From the NCBI GenBank assembly GCA_944371905.1, contig CALVYA010000001.1:5627-69626 (forward strand): a DNA stretch of 64,000 nucleotides, read 5' to 3'. The notes beneath the pieces were generated by a model. That model saw only the letters and a list, made by a program, of their open reading frames with translations, did not search any database and was not told the DNA's origin. The translations under genes and the position numbers were made by a program. Of the stretch, positions 11,462 to 21,509 are shown piece after piece. Numbering within the stretch: position 1 is the stretch's first letter; every line of letters begins with the position of its first letter. This DNA is from an uncultured Bacilli bacterium (lineage in GTDB: Bacteria; Bacillota_I; Bacilli_A; RF39; UBA660).

Positions 11462-12017
11462 TATTATTGCCTAAACTTATGAAAGTAGCAATAATATCTA
11501 CAATAAATAATAGTACTAAAATATAAGTAATAAATTTTGGTACTTTTTTTATGAATTTATCCAGAAAAGGTTTTAACAGATATACGACTAAAATACTAGC
11601 TCCTCCCCAAAGCAGACACATTTTTAATGAAGTATATTTACCAATATGAAATTCTTCATAGGAGTAATCCCAAAATACTCTACCAAATAGAGATTCAATA
11701 ATAGTGCCACCTATATATTCTAAAGTGGATAAAAAAATAGCGCTAAAGACAAATAAAACTAATGGGAAAATATATTTATTTACTTTTAGTTTTCTTAAAA
11801 CATAATCAATGATTAAAATCAAAACCACTCCAAATCCATAAATAGGAGTCCAAAATCCGAAAAGAATGCCACTATCTACGTGAACATAAACAAAATTCTC
11901 AATGAAATGTCCAAGAATAGAGAATAAAAAGAAAATATTTAAATAGTAGTACATAATACTCACCATTATTAATATGTAAAATATATTTATAAATATACAA
12001 ATGTATTTGAATTTCAT
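11436..12017 (-). CDS. hypothetical polytopic membrane protein
   Basis: 193 aa, 5-6 predicted TM helices. Convergent with the ALDH gene; their 3' ends overlap. Confidence 0.45.
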   Translation of the reverse strand: MKFKYICIFINIFYILIMVSIMYYYLNIFFLFSILGHFIENFVYVHVDSGILFGFWTPIYGFGVVLILIIDYVLRKLKVNKYIFPLVLFVFSAIFLSTLEYIGGTIIESLFGRVFWDYSYEEFHIGKYTSLKMCLLWGGASILVVYLLKPFLDKFIKKVPKFITYILVLLFIVDIIATFISLGNNITLTHYLK

Positions 12018-12061
12018 TTTTATGTTTAGTATAATACTATTTATAGAAACGAGGAATTAGT

Positions 12062-12673
12062 ATGAGTAATTTAGAAATAATGGATAGAGCAACTTCATTT
12101 ACTACGGGTGCATATATGAGAGCATATTATCATGAAGTGCAAGAATCTAAAATAACTTATCAAGAGTTAGAACAATTAGCATTGGATTATTCAGCGGGAG
12201 CTTTGCAAAAAGTAATGTATGCTAGTGATGGAATGTGTAATGATTATACAAGGCAAGGAAATTTGAGATATGATATGGCTGCTGTTGGTACGGATGGAAT
12301 TAAAAATGAATTATTAAAAAATATAGTAAATGTTGCTACTTACAATAGAGAGAATGACACACGTGCTAGTAATGAGTTAGGATGTGTTTTTAGAGAAGGC
12401 ATGTCGGATGATCAAAGAGCGGTAGTAATATTTAATAATTTGGTTAATCATGGAATAGAGAGTGGATATACATTATTAAATGATCCAGAAATTTTAAATA
12501 GTGCTTGTAGGACGTTTGCTTATTATCGAAGAGAAGGAAAGAAAGAAATATTAGATAATATTGCTAGAACAAATAATGTTGCCATATATGTGAATAATGA
12601 ACTGGATACTTATTATGCTAGGTATGGAAAAAATACTTCTTTAGAAAGTAACAATTCCTATGGATTAAAATAG
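12062..12673 (+). CDS. hypothetical protein
   Basis: 203-aa ORF with SD GAGGAA upstream. No recognisable motif. Confidence 0.4.
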   Translation: MSNLEIMDRATSFTTGAYMRAYYHEVQESKITYQELEQLALDYSAGALQKVMYASDGMCNDYTRQGNLRYDMAAVGTDGIKNELLKNIVNVATYNRENDTRASNELGCVFREGMSDDQRAVVIFNNLVNHGIESGYTLLNDPEILNSACRTFAYYRREGKKEILDNIARTNNVAIYVNNELDTYYARYGKNTSLESNNSYGLK

Positions 12674-12699
12674 TTGAAAAAGAAAAGAAACTATGATAT

Positions 12700-12928
12700 A
12701 TTAAAAATCGTTAAAGCAAGTGCGAAAGACGTAGTTAAGGTTACAGTCTTATAAGAGAGTCTTTGTTGGTGAAAAAAGACAGACTAGTATTTAACTAAGA
12801 TCACTTTCAAGATGCGATTTATGGATAAGATAAATACGGTTACGCGTTATAGTAGTTAAGATAGAATATTCTATGAATTAAGGTGGTACCACGAAAATTT
12901 CGTCCTTATAGTATTCTATCTTTTTTAT
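12700..12928 (+). promoter_or_regulatory. T-box riboswitch leader with intrinsic terminator, upstream of ileS
   Basis: T-box sequence AATTAAGGTGGTACCACG (12876..12893) versus consensus AATTAGGGTGGNACCGCG. Overlapping terminator stem agatagaatattctat / atagtattctatc plus TTTTTT (12921..12926). Sigma-A-like TTGAAA-17-TATATT promoter at 12677..12705. Confidence 0.8.
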
Positions 12929-12944
12929 TTTAAGGAGGGATAAT

Positions 12945-15900
12945 ATGAAATTTAAAGAATTATCTAAAGATAATGTACATGTATTTGAAAATAATATTAG
13001 TAAGGATTGGAAAAGAAATCATATTTTAGATAAAAGTATTGAACAAGGAAAAGACTATTTTGTTTTCTATGATGGGCCTGCTACTGCTAATGGAATGCCA
13101 GGAGTACATCATATTTTAGCTAAGTTATTAAAAGATACTTTTTGTAAGTACAAGTCTATGAAGGGTTATAAAGTATTACGAAAAGTAGGATGGGATACTC
13201 ATGGTTTACCAGTAGAAGTGCAAGTGGAAAAAGAATTAGGATTTTCTGGTAAATTAGATATTGAAAAGTATGGAATTAAAGAGTTCAATGAGAAGTGTCG
13301 CGAATCTGTTTGGAAAAATGAAGAAGCTTTTAGAAAATTTACAGAAGAAATAGGTCAATTTATTGATCTAGAGCATCCTTATGTTACTTATGATAATGAT
13401 TATATTGAGACTGAATGGTGGATTTTAAAAAAGTTTTTTGATGAAGGATTTATTTATGATGGTTTAAAAATTTTACCATATTGTCCAAGATGTGGTACTG
13501 GGCTTGCTAGTCATGAAGTAGCACAAGGATATAAAGAAGTTAGTGTCAATACAGTTACTGTTCCTTTTAAATTGAAGAATGAAGAAAATACTTATCTATT
13601 AGTGTGGACAACAACTCCTTGGACTTTAATGGCAAATGTAGCTGCCTGTGTAAATCCAAAAGAGAAATATGTAAAGTGTTTGTCTAAAGGTTATTATTTT
13701 ATTGTTGCTGAAAAATTAGCTCATAAAGTATTAGGAGATGAGTTTGAAGTAGTAGAAGAGTATATAGGTAAAGATTTAGAGTATAAAGAATATGAACAAT
13801 TGTTACCAATTCTAAAAGTAAATAAAAAAGCATTTTATATTACTTGTGCTGATTATGTAACTATGGAAGATGGTACTGGTATTGTTCATATTGCCCCTGC
13901 TTTTGGTCAAGATGACTATGAAGTGGGATTAAAATACAATTTACCAATATTAAATCCTGTAGATGAGCAAGGATGTTATACTGAAGGTCCATGGAAGGGA
14001 AGATTAGTAGTAGATTCTGATCTAGAAATAGAAATTATTAAATATTTGGCTAAAGAAGATAAATTATTTAAAAAGCAAAAAATGGAACACAATTATCCAC
14101 ATTGTTGGAGATGCAAAACACCACTCGTTTATTATTCAAAGCCTAGTTTATATATTAAAACTACAGCATTTAAAGATAAAATTATCGAAGAAAATAAAAA
14201 GGTTCATTGGTATCCTGAATATGTTGGCGAAAAAAGATTTGGTAATTGGTTAGAAAATATGAATGATTGGGCGATTTCTAGAAATAGATATTGGGGAACA
14301 CCGATTCCTTTGTGGAGATGTAGCTGTGGCCATGATGAAATGATAGGTTCTAGAAAAGAATTAGTAGAAAAATCGATCGAAAAAATTGATGAATCGATCG
14401 AATTACATCGTCCTTATGTAGATGATATTCATATTAAATGTCCAATTTGTGGAAAGAAAATGACTAGAGTAAAAGATGTAATTGATTGTTGGTTTGATTC
14501 TGGTTCTATGCCTTTTGCTCAATATCATTATCCTTTTGAGAATGAAGAATTATTCCATAATCAATTTCCAGCAGATTTTATTTCTGAAGGAATTGATCAA
14601 ACTAGGGGATGGTTCTATTCCTTATTAGTAATTTCAACTTTTGTCAAGGGATGTTCTCCTTATAAAAATGTTTTAGTGAATGATTTAATATTAGATAAAT
14701 ATGGACAAAAAATGCACAAGAGTAAAGGAAATGCTGTGGAACCATTTGGTATATTAGAAAAATATGGTGCAGATGCTACTAGATTTTATATGTTACATGC
14801 ATCTCCTGTTTGGACACCTTTAAAATTTGATGAAGATGGAATTAAAGAAATTCAATCTAAATTTTTTGGAACATTAAAAAATACTTATACATTTTTCCAA
14901 TTGTATGCTAATACCGATAATTTAGATCCTAGAGAATTTAAAGTAGAATATAAGAAGTTAGAAGAGATTGATAAATGGTTATTATCAAAATATAATAAGT
15001 TAATTGATTATGTGACTGTCGCTATGGAAGAATACGACTTAAACAAAGCATGTAAGGCTATTAATTCTTTTGTTAATGAAGATTTATCTAATTGGTATAT
15101 AAGACGTAATAGAAGAAGATTCTGGGCTAGTAAGTTAGACGATAACAAAAAAGCTGTTTATCAAACTACTTATGAAGTATTAGTTGGTTTATGCAAATTG
15201 ATAGCACCTATCGCACCATTTACAGTGGAAGAGATATATCGCAATTTGACTGGGGAAGAAAGTGTACACTTAGCAAGCTATCCTGTTTGCAATAAAAAAA
15301 TGTTTAATGATGTAATTGAGACTAGAATGGATTTAGTAAGAGATTTGATATCTTTAGGTAGAAATGCTCGAGAAGAAGTAAAAATTAAAGTAAGACAACC
15401 GATCAGTGAAGTTATATTAGACGGTAAAAATAAGGATACCATTAGCGATTTGGTTGATTTAATCAAAGAAGAATTGAATGTGAAAGATGTAGTATTTGAA
15501 AATGATTTAGGTAAATATATGAATTTTAATGTTAAACCTAATTTTAAAGAAGTAGGAAAAATATTAGGAGCTAAAATTAAGCTATTCCAAGAAGAACTAA
15601 CTAAATTATCTTTGAATGATATTAATAAATTAAAAAATGAAGAAGATATTACACTTGTATTAGAAGGTGAAGATTTTGTTGTTAGTCCTAATATGGTAGA
15701 TATCAGAGTAGAATCTAAAGAGGGATTTAATGCTTCTTCTCTTGGAAATAATTTTATTATTTTGAATACAACATTAACCAAAGATTTGATAAATGAAGGA
15801 ATTGCTAGAGAATTGATTAGTAAAGTACAACAATTAAGAAAAAATTATGATTTTGATATATTGGATCGCATCGATATTTTGTACGAGGAAAATAAAGAGT

Positions 15901-16037
15901 TTGAAGAAGCAATTCATGATTATGTTGATTTCGTTAAAAAAGAAACTTTATGTGATAATTTAGTAAAAGTAGATAATTTATCAGAAGTTACTAATTTAAA
16001 TGGAATAGAAGTTAAATTTGACGTATTAAAAAAATAA
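12945..16037 (+). CDS. ileS: isoleucyl-tRNA synthetase (long type-2 form)
   Basis: Class I signatures PGVHHIL (HIGH) and KMHKSKGN (KMSKS). CW/C editing-domain and anticodon-binding regions. 1030 aa. Preceded by the T-box leader. Confidence 0.95.
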   Translation: MKFKELSKDNVHVFENNISKDWKRNHILDKSIEQGKDYFVFYDGPATANGMPGVHHILAKLLKDTFCKYKSMKGYKVLRKVGWDTHGLPVEVQVEKELGFSGKLDIEKYGIKEFNEKCRESVWKNEEAFRKFTEEIGQFIDLEHPYVTYDNDYIETEWWILKKFFDEGFIYDGLKILPYCPRCGTGLASHEVAQGYKEVSVNTVTVPFKLKNEENTYLLVWTTTPWTLMANVAACVNPKEKYVKCLSKGYYFIVAEKLAHKVLGDEFEVVEEYIGKDLEYKEYEQLLPILKVNKKAFYITCADYVTMEDGTGIVHIAPAFGQDDYEVGLKYNLPILNPVDEQGCYTEGPWKGRLVVDSDLEIEIIKYLAKEDKLFKKQKMEHNYPHCWRCKTPLVYYSKPSLYIKTTAFKDKIIEENKKVHWYPEYVGEKRFGNWLENMNDWAISRNRYWGTPIPLWRCSCGHDEMIGSRKELVEKSIEKIDESIELHRPYVDDIHIKCPICGKKMTRVKDVIDCWFDSGSMPFAQYHYPFENEELFHNQFPADFISEGIDQTRGWFYSLLVISTFVKGCSPYKNVLVNDLILDKYGQKMHKSKGNAVEPFGILEKYGADATRFYMLHASPVWTPLKFDEDGIKEIQSKFFGTLKNTYTFFQLYANTDNLDPREFKVEYKKLEEIDKWLLSKYNKLIDYVTVAMEEYDLNKACKAINSFVNEDLSNWYIRRNRRRFWASKLDDNKKAVYQTTYEVLVGLCKLIAPIAPFTVEEIYRNLTGEESVHLASYPVCNKKMFNDVIETRMDLVRDLISLGRNAREEVKIKVRQPISEVILDGKNKDTISDLVDLIKEELNVKDVVFENDLGKYMNFNVKPNFKEVGKILGAKIKLFQEELTKLSLNDINKLKNEEDITLVLEGEDFVVSPNMVDIRVESKEGFNASSLGNNFIILNTTLTKDLINEGIARELISKVQQLRKNYDFDILDRIDILYEENKEFEEAIHDYVDFVKKETLCDNLVKVDNLSEVTNLNGIEVKFDVLKK

Positions 16038-16044
16038 AACTAAA

Positions 16045-16085
16045 AGTAAAATAGCTAAGTGGTAAAGTTATTTTGCTTTTTTTTA
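16045..16085 (+). terminator. rho-independent terminator of ileS
   Basis: Stem agtaaaata / tattttgct followed by an 8-T run. Confidence 0.6.
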
Positions 16086-16119
16086 TATTTAAATGATATA
16101 CTGGTAGTAGGAGGTAACA

Positions 16120-16779
16120 ATGAAGAAGTATGTTTGTAAAATTTGTGGATATATTTATGATGAAGCAAATGAAAAAGTAAAGTTTGATGATTTACCAGAC
16201 GATTGGAAATGTCCATTATGTGGTGCACCTAAGAGTATGTTTCAATTATTAGAAGAAGAAAGTGAAAATATTAAGGAAAAAAATATCGAAAATAATCCAG
16301 TAGTAGAAGAAGATATGAGAGAAATGACTTATGGAGAATTAAGTGCTTTATGTTCTAATCTTAGTCGTGGATGTGAGAAACAATATCTATCAAGAGAATC
16401 CGAATTATTTAAAAAGTTAAGCGATTATTATGATAAAAAGAGTAAAGAAAAAAACGAGGATAATTATAATATCGATGCTTTAATAGATAAGATCAATAAC
16501 GATCTAGAGACTAATTATAAAAAAGCAAGGGAAATCAGTGAAAAAGAAAAAGATCGTGGGGCATTAAGAATTATTACTTGGGGAGAAAAAGTTACACTGA
16601 TTTTAAAATCATTATTAACATCATATCAAAGTAAAGGAGAGGATTCCTTTAAGGATAAGAAAATATATGTTTGTGATATTTGTGGTTTTATTTATGTAGG
16701 TAATGAAGTTCCTAGTATTTGTCCGATTTGTAAAGTGCCTAGTTTTAAAATATTAGAAATAGGTAAGGAGGTAAGATAA
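16120..16779 (+). CDS. rubredoxin-domain protein (N-terminal canonical rubredoxin, C-terminal rubrerythrin-type CxxC-x12-CxxC)
   Basis: [10 protein letters not shown]...[10 protein letters not shown] rubredoxin signature, a second CDICGF...CPICKVP zinc/iron ribbon at the C-terminus, and a roughly 130-aa charged linker. Confidence 0.6.
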   Translation: MKKYVCKICGYIYDEANEKVKFDDLPDDWKCPLCGAPKSMFQLLEEESENIKEKNIENNPVVEEDMREMTYGELSALCSNLSRGCEKQYLSRESELFKKLSDYYDKKSKEKNEDNYNIDALIDKINNDLETNYKKAREISEKEKDRGALRIITWGEKVTLILKSLLTSYQSKGEDSFKDKKIYVCDICGFIYVGNEVPSICPICKVPSFKILEIGKEVR

Positions 16780-17286
16780 ATGAAGACTCAAAAAATACGT
16801 GCAGTAAGAAATTTAAGGTTATGTAGTAAAGATTGCTTATGTTTATATGTTTGTCCTACGGGTGCTACAGATACAGAAACAGGGCAGATAGATTTTCAAA
16901 AATGTATAGGTTGTGGTAAGTGTGCAATGGCGTGTCCTGCTGGTGCTATTTCTATGGTTCCTTATCAATATCCAAAGCAACAGGAAAAAAGCAATAGAGT
17001 TGTTCAACGATTAAATACTGTTTTAAAAAGTAAAGTAGAACAAGAGCATATAGCGTATCAATTATATCAAAATAGTTCTTCTCAAGTAGAAAAACAATTT
17101 TTAAAAGCTATCATTCGTTCTAATCGTTTACTAGCAGAAGATACTGTAAGAGAAGCAGGGTATATGCTTCCTCAAAGTAGAAATACTCATGAGTTTTTAA
17201 AGCCTTTATTAGATAGTAAAGAAGAAGATTTTCCAAAAGATATCGTGAATGAGTTATTAGAAATTCTAGAATGTAATGAATCATAG
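16780..17286 (+). CDS. 4Fe-4S dicluster ferredoxin-domain protein
   Basis: Two CxxCxxCxxxCP-type cluster motifs (CPTGA...; CIGCGKCAMACPAGA). Start codon abuts the stop of the rubredoxin gene, suggesting an operon. Confidence 0.6.
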   Translation: MKTQKIRAVRNLRLCSKDCLCLYVCPTGATDTETGQIDFQKCIGCGKCAMACPAGAISMVPYQYPKQQEKSNRVVQRLNTVLKSKVEQEHIAYQLYQNSSSQVEKQFLKAIIRSNRLLAEDTVREAGYMLPQSRNTHEFLKPLLDSKEEDFPKDIVNELLEILECNES

Positions 17287-17350
17287 TAAGAAATGATTGT
17301 GAATTGTTTTTGAATAGATTATAATAAATTTAGTTTGAGGTGGTGATATC

Positions 17351-18652
17351 ATGAATACTATTTTACCAGCAGATACTTATATTGTAGTTAATAAGACGAT
17401 TACAGATGATATAGATCGCAAAATAGTTACCATGTTATATCAGCCAATTATTGGGCATACTGCTACTAATTTATATTTTACATTGTTTGATGATTTGTTA
17501 AAAAAAGATGTTATGAGTGAAGAATTAACCCATCATCATTTAATGGCTACTATGCAATTAAAATTAGAAGACATATTGATTGCAAGAGAAAAATTAGAAG
17601 CAGTAGGACTTTTAAAAACTTATGTAAAGAAAGATCATGTTAATAATTTTGTTTATTTATTATATGCACCTTTATCAGCCAGCGAATTTTTAAACCATCC
17701 TATTTTAAATATTGTTCTTTATAATAATCTAGGAAAAAAAGAGTACGATAAAATAGTTAATTATTTTCGAATTCCTAAAATTAATCTGAAAGATTATGAA
17801 GATATTACTAAATCATTTAATCATGTTTTTACTAGTGTTAGTGGTAATTCTTTTCTTGGAAACGATAATATTGTTAAGAAAAATAAAGGAAAAATTGAAC
17901 TTACTAGTGGAATTGATTTTAATTTATTAATTTCTTCTATACCTCGTAGTATGGTTAATGAAAAATGTTTTAATGAGGAAGTGAAAGATCTAATTAATTC
18001 GCTAGCATTTGTGTATAATATAGATGATTTAAATATGCAAGGTTTAGTTAGAAATAGTTTAAATGAAAAAGGATTAATAGATAAAACTGAATTACGTCGC
18101 AGTGCTAGAAATTTCTATCAATTTGAACAAGGAGGAAAATTACCAACTTTGATATACAGTAAACAACCGGATTATTTAAAAACTCCTAGTGGTGACACTT
18201 CTAATTGGGCTAAGCAAGTTTATACTTTTGAGAATATTACACCTTATGATTATTTGAGAAGTAAATATAAAAATGGGGAGCCAACGTTAAGAGAGTTACA
18301 AATCATTGAAGATTTAATGGTAAAACAAAAGATGAAACCAGGAGTAGTTAATGTGTTAATTGATTATGTATTAAAAGTAAATAATCAAAAATTTACAAGA
18401 AGTTATGTTGAGACAGTGGCAAGTCAGTGGAGTAGATTGAATATTGAAACCGTAGAAGGAGCTATGCGAACTGCTGAAAAGGAGCATAAAAAATTAAAGA
18501 AAATGTTAAGTAAAGATAAAATAGTTACTAACAATAAATATAAACAAAAAGAAGAAGTACTACCTTCCTGGTTCGATAAAGAGATAGAAAATAAAGAAAT
18601 GAGTAAAGAAGAAGAAGAAGAACTAGATAATTTATTAAAGGAATTTAGTTAG
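17351..18652 (+). CDS. DnaD/DnaB-family replication initiation / membrane attachment protein
   Basis: 433 aa. C-terminal DnaD-like (DDBH2) region DYVLKVNNQKFTRSYVETVASQW. Size and layout resemble the Firmicutes primosomal DnaB/DnaD. Confidence 0.55.
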   Translation: MNTILPADTYIVVNKTITDDIDRKIVTMLYQPIIGHTATNLYFTLFDDLLKKDVMSEELTHHHLMATMQLKLEDILIAREKLEAVGLLKTYVKKDHVNNFVYLLYAPLSASEFLNHPILNIVLYNNLGKKEYDKIVNYFRIPKINLKDYEDITKSFNHVFTSVSGNSFLGNDNIVKKNKGKIELTSGIDFNLLISSIPRSMVNEKCFNEEVKDLINSLAFVYNIDDLNMQGLVRNSLNEKGLIDKTELRRSARNFYQFEQGGKLPTLIYSKQPDYLKTPSGDTSNWAKQVYTFENITPYDYLRSKYKNGEPTLRELQIIEDLMVKQKMKPGVVNVLIDYVLKVNNQKFTRSYVETVASQWSRLNIETVEGAMRTAEKEHKKLKKMLSKDKIVTNNKYKQKEEVLPSWFDKEIENKEMSKEEEEELDNLLKEFS

Positions 18653-18668
18653 ATCGAGGGATATATTT

Positions 18669-18980
18669 ATGGATAATATAAAAGTAGTAACCATTTGTGG
18701 AAGTATGAAATTTAAAGAAAAAATGCTACAAATAGCAGAGGAGTTAGAATTAAAAAATGGATATGCTGTACTTCAAGTTGTTTTCATAAATGAAAATAAC
18801 AATTATAGTGAAAAAGAATTAGAAAGAATAGGAAGCCTTCATTTAAAAAGAATAGAAATTAGTGATGCTATTTACGTAGTCAATGTAGGAGGATATATAG
18901 GAGAATCAACTAGAAGAGAAATAGAATATGCTAAAAAGTTACATAAAGAGATTTTATCACTGGAACCTTTGAATTATTAA
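18669..18980 (+). CDS. hypothetical protein (possible nucleoside 2-deoxyribosyltransferase-like / SLOG-type Rossmann fold)
   Basis: 103 aa. Pattern SDAIYVVNVGGYIGESTRREIEYA resembles the deoxyribosyltransferase/LOG-like motif. Weak assignment. Confidence 0.35.
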   Translation: MDNIKVVTICGSMKFKEKMLQIAEELELKNGYAVLQVVFINENNNYSEKELERIGSLHLKRIEISDAIYVVNVGGYIGESTRREIEYAKKLHKEILSLEPLNY

Positions 18981-19006
18981 TAGAGAATTGCTTTCTCTAT
19001 TTTTAT
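18981..19006 (+). terminator. rho-independent terminator
   Basis: Hairpin tagagaattgctttctcta followed by a T-run. Confidence 0.55.
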
Positions 19007-19027
19007 TTGCTATAATAGAGCTTACTT

Positions 19028-19396
19028 TTGAAAGGAGTAGTTATGAAATCAATTATTTTTGTAACACCTATAGATATGAAACTGGTAGAAAAATTATCTT
19101 ATATGGATTATACTGTTATCTATTACGATAAAGAAAACAACTTAATTAAAAGAGCAATTCCAGATTATAATGAGTATTTTATTTCTGATGCTAATATAAA
19201 TGATGCTATCCGTTCTAATAGAGTAGCATGTTTTAAAAATGTGAGTTATCGTAATATAGATAAAGTAGATAATTTAATTACTTTAACAATTGATGATGGT
19301 ATAGTAGTCGATATGGCTAGTAATAATTATAATGATATACAATTTGTTAGTTTATTATCTAATCGTGGTAAAAAATTAGTGAAAAGATTGAAATAA
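19028..19396 (+). CDS. hypothetical protein
   Basis: 122-aa ORF. The true start is more likely the internal ATG at 19043 (MKSIIFV). Confidence 0.4.
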   Translation: MKGVVMKSIIFVTPIDMKLVEKLSYMDYTVIYYDKENNLIKRAIPDYNEYFISDANINDAIRSNRVACFKNVSYRNIDKVDNLITLTIDDGIVVDMASNNYNDIQFVSLLSNRGKKLVKRLK

Positions 19397-19419
19397 TAAT
19401 TAATTTATGTTAGTATAAT

Positions 19420-19630
19420 TTTATAAATCGTTGATTGAGACTAGTAGGTATTTGTTTATTAGAAAGAGACTTAGTGGAAGGTGTAAACTAAGAATAAGAA
19501 TACGCGAATCAACTCATGAGTGAAATAGGGAAATATAGTATCTATTTCCGGGTAACCGTTATCTAAAGTAAGACTAAAGTAGGATGGCACCGCAATTATT
19601 TTGCTCCTATTGTTAGTCTTTTTATTTTTA
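19420..19630 (+). promoter_or_regulatory. T-box riboswitch leader with terminator, upstream of a small ORF and serS
   Basis: T-box-like AGGATGGCACCGC (19580..19592). Terminator stem aagactaa (19570..19577) / ttagtctt (19613..19620) plus T-run. -10 TATAAT at 19416..19421. It shares the 5' motif AAATCGTT with the ileS leader. Confidence 0.65.
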
Positions 19631-19639
19631 GGAGGAGCT

Positions 19640-19927
19640 ATGGTAAAAGATATTTTAAATGAATATTATGATTGCGTTTTAAACGAAGTAGACCTTTATC
19701 AAAAAAGTAAAATATTAATTAATTTTTTATTCAAAGATATAAAGGATAAAGAGAAAGAACTTTATATTGGACATTTAGAAAGAGTTAGTAATAAAATGTC
19801 TAGTGAAGAGACTAAAATAGCCTTGGAAGATTTAAAAGAAATGGGTTATACTGATAATATCACAGTAGCAACAGATGTCGTCTCGATGCGTCATGAGAAA
19901 GACTATGATACTTATATAGATAAGTAA
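19640..19927 (+). CDS. small hypothetical protein (95 aa) between the T-box leader and serS
   Basis: ATG 19640 lies 4 nt after a perfect SD GGAGGAG. The track ORF (19601) starts inside the terminator hairpin and is unlikely. Confidence 0.5.
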   Translation: MVKDILNEYYDCVLNEVDLYQKSKILINFLFKDIKDKEKELYIGHLERVSNKMSSEETKIALEDLKEMGYTDNITVATDVVSMRHEKDYDTYIDK

Positions 19928-20026
19928 TAAGTAGTGGAAATGCGATAGCATTAGAGCTAAAAAAATTAGAGAAAAAATATAAAAAAGCTTATGAAAAAAT
20001 TATGAATGGTTTAAAGGAGAAATAAT

Positions 20027-21316
20027 ATGATAGATATTAAATTAATAAGAGAAAATAAAGAATTAGTAAAAGAAAATATTAAGAAGAAATTTCAAGATGA
20101 GAAATTACCTATCGTGGATGAAATCTATGAGATGGATAAAAGAGTTCGTGAAGTACAAACTAAAGTAGATGGATTAAAAGCAGATAAAAATAAAAAAAGT
20201 AGCGAAATAGGTAAATTAATGAAAGATAAAAAAATAGATGAAGCTAATAAAATTAAGGAAGAAATAGCTAATATGGCTTCTTCAATTACAGAGTTAGAAG
20301 AAGAGTTTACTTCTCTTTCAAAAGAGATTCACGATCGTATGATGGTAATACCAAATATTATGGATAAATCTGTACCAATAGGTAAGGATGACTCTGAAAA
20401 TGTAGAAATTGAAAGATTTGGGGAGCCCTTTGTTCCAGATTATGAAATACCATATCATTCTGATATATGTGAATCATTTAATGGCTTAGATAAAGAAAGT
20501 GCAGGAAGAACTAGTGGTAATGGTTTTTATTATTTAGTAGGGGATATTGCAAGACTTCATGAAGCAACGATTGCTTATGCAAGAGATTTTATGATTAATA
20601 AAGGTTTTACTTATTGCATTCCACCATTTATGATTAGAAGTGATGTAGTTACCGGTGTTATGTCTTTTGCTGAAATGGAAAACATGATGTATAAAATAGA
20701 AAATGAAGATTTATATTTAATTGGTACAAGCGAACACTCTATGATAGGTAAATTTAAGGGACAATTAATTAATGAAAAAGAATTACCAATAGCAATGACT
20801 TCTTATTCTCCATGTTTCAGAAAAGAAGTAGGAGCTCATGGATTAGAAGAAAGGGGACTTTATCGAGTTCATCAATTTGAGAAACAAGAGATGGTTGTTC
20901 TTTGTAAACCGGAAGAGGCAATGGATTGGTATAACAAAATGTGGAGTTATACAGTTGAATTTTTTAGAAGTTTAGACGTGCCTGTTAGAACTCTTGAATG
21001 TTGTAGTGGAGATTTAGCTGATTTAAAAGTGAAATCTTGTGATGTTGAGGCTTGGAGTCCAAGACAACAAAAGTATTTTGAGGTGGGATCTTGTTCTACT
21101 TTAGGAGATGCACAAGCAAGAAGATTAGGAATTAGAATGAAAACTGAAAACGGAAATCAATTCCTAGCGACTTTAAATAATACAGTAATTGCTAGTCCGA
21201 GATCACTTATTGCAATTCTAGAATGTGGTTATCAAAAGGACGGTAGTGTAAAAATACCAAAAGTTTTACAGCCTTATATGGGTGGTTTAGAAATCATAAA
21301 ACCAAAACAAAAATAA
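20027..21316 (+). CDS. serS: seryl-tRNA synthetase
   Basis: N-terminal coiled-coil arm and class II motifs (FRKEVGAHGLEERGLYRVHQFEKQE). 429 aa. Confidence 0.95.
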   Translation: MIDIKLIRENKELVKENIKKKFQDEKLPIVDEIYEMDKRVREVQTKVDGLKADKNKKSSEIGKLMKDKKIDEANKIKEEIANMASSITELEEEFTSLSKEIHDRMMVIPNIMDKSVPIGKDDSENVEIERFGEPFVPDYEIPYHSDICESFNGLDKESAGRTSGNGFYYLVGDIARLHEATIAYARDFMINKGFTYCIPPFMIRSDVVTGVMSFAEMENMMYKIENEDLYLIGTSEHSMIGKFKGQLINEKELPIAMTSYSPCFRKEVGAHGLEERGLYRVHQFEKQEMVVLCKPEEAMDWYNKMWSYTVEFFRSLDVPVRTLECCSGDLADLKVKSCDVEAWSPRQQKYFEVGSCSTLGDAQARRLGIRMKTENGNQFLATLNNTVIASPRSLIAILECGYQKDGSVKIPKVLQPYMGGLEIIKPKQK

Positions 21317-21325
21317 TAATTTTAC

Positions 21326-21352
21326 GAGTATGATTACCATACTCTTTTTTTT
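21326..21352 (+). terminator. rho-independent terminator of serS
   Basis: Stem gagtatg / catactc followed by an 8-T run. Confidence 0.65.
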
Positions 21353-21509
21353 AAATATTAGAGATATAAAATAAATATCTTTATAGTTTTAGGGGTACTT
21401 TTTTAGTTAATAAAATTTTTACTTTAAGTTGTATTTTTTATGAACATTTATGTACAATTATGATAAAATAAAGTTGTTAATATAAGGAATTGTTCATGGA
21501 GTAACTTAA

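Noticed and set aside
15278-15781. Minus-strand 167-aa ORF inside ileS
   Set aside because: Antisense to a class I synthetase CDS. The product is a Ser/Leu-rich low-complexity artefact.
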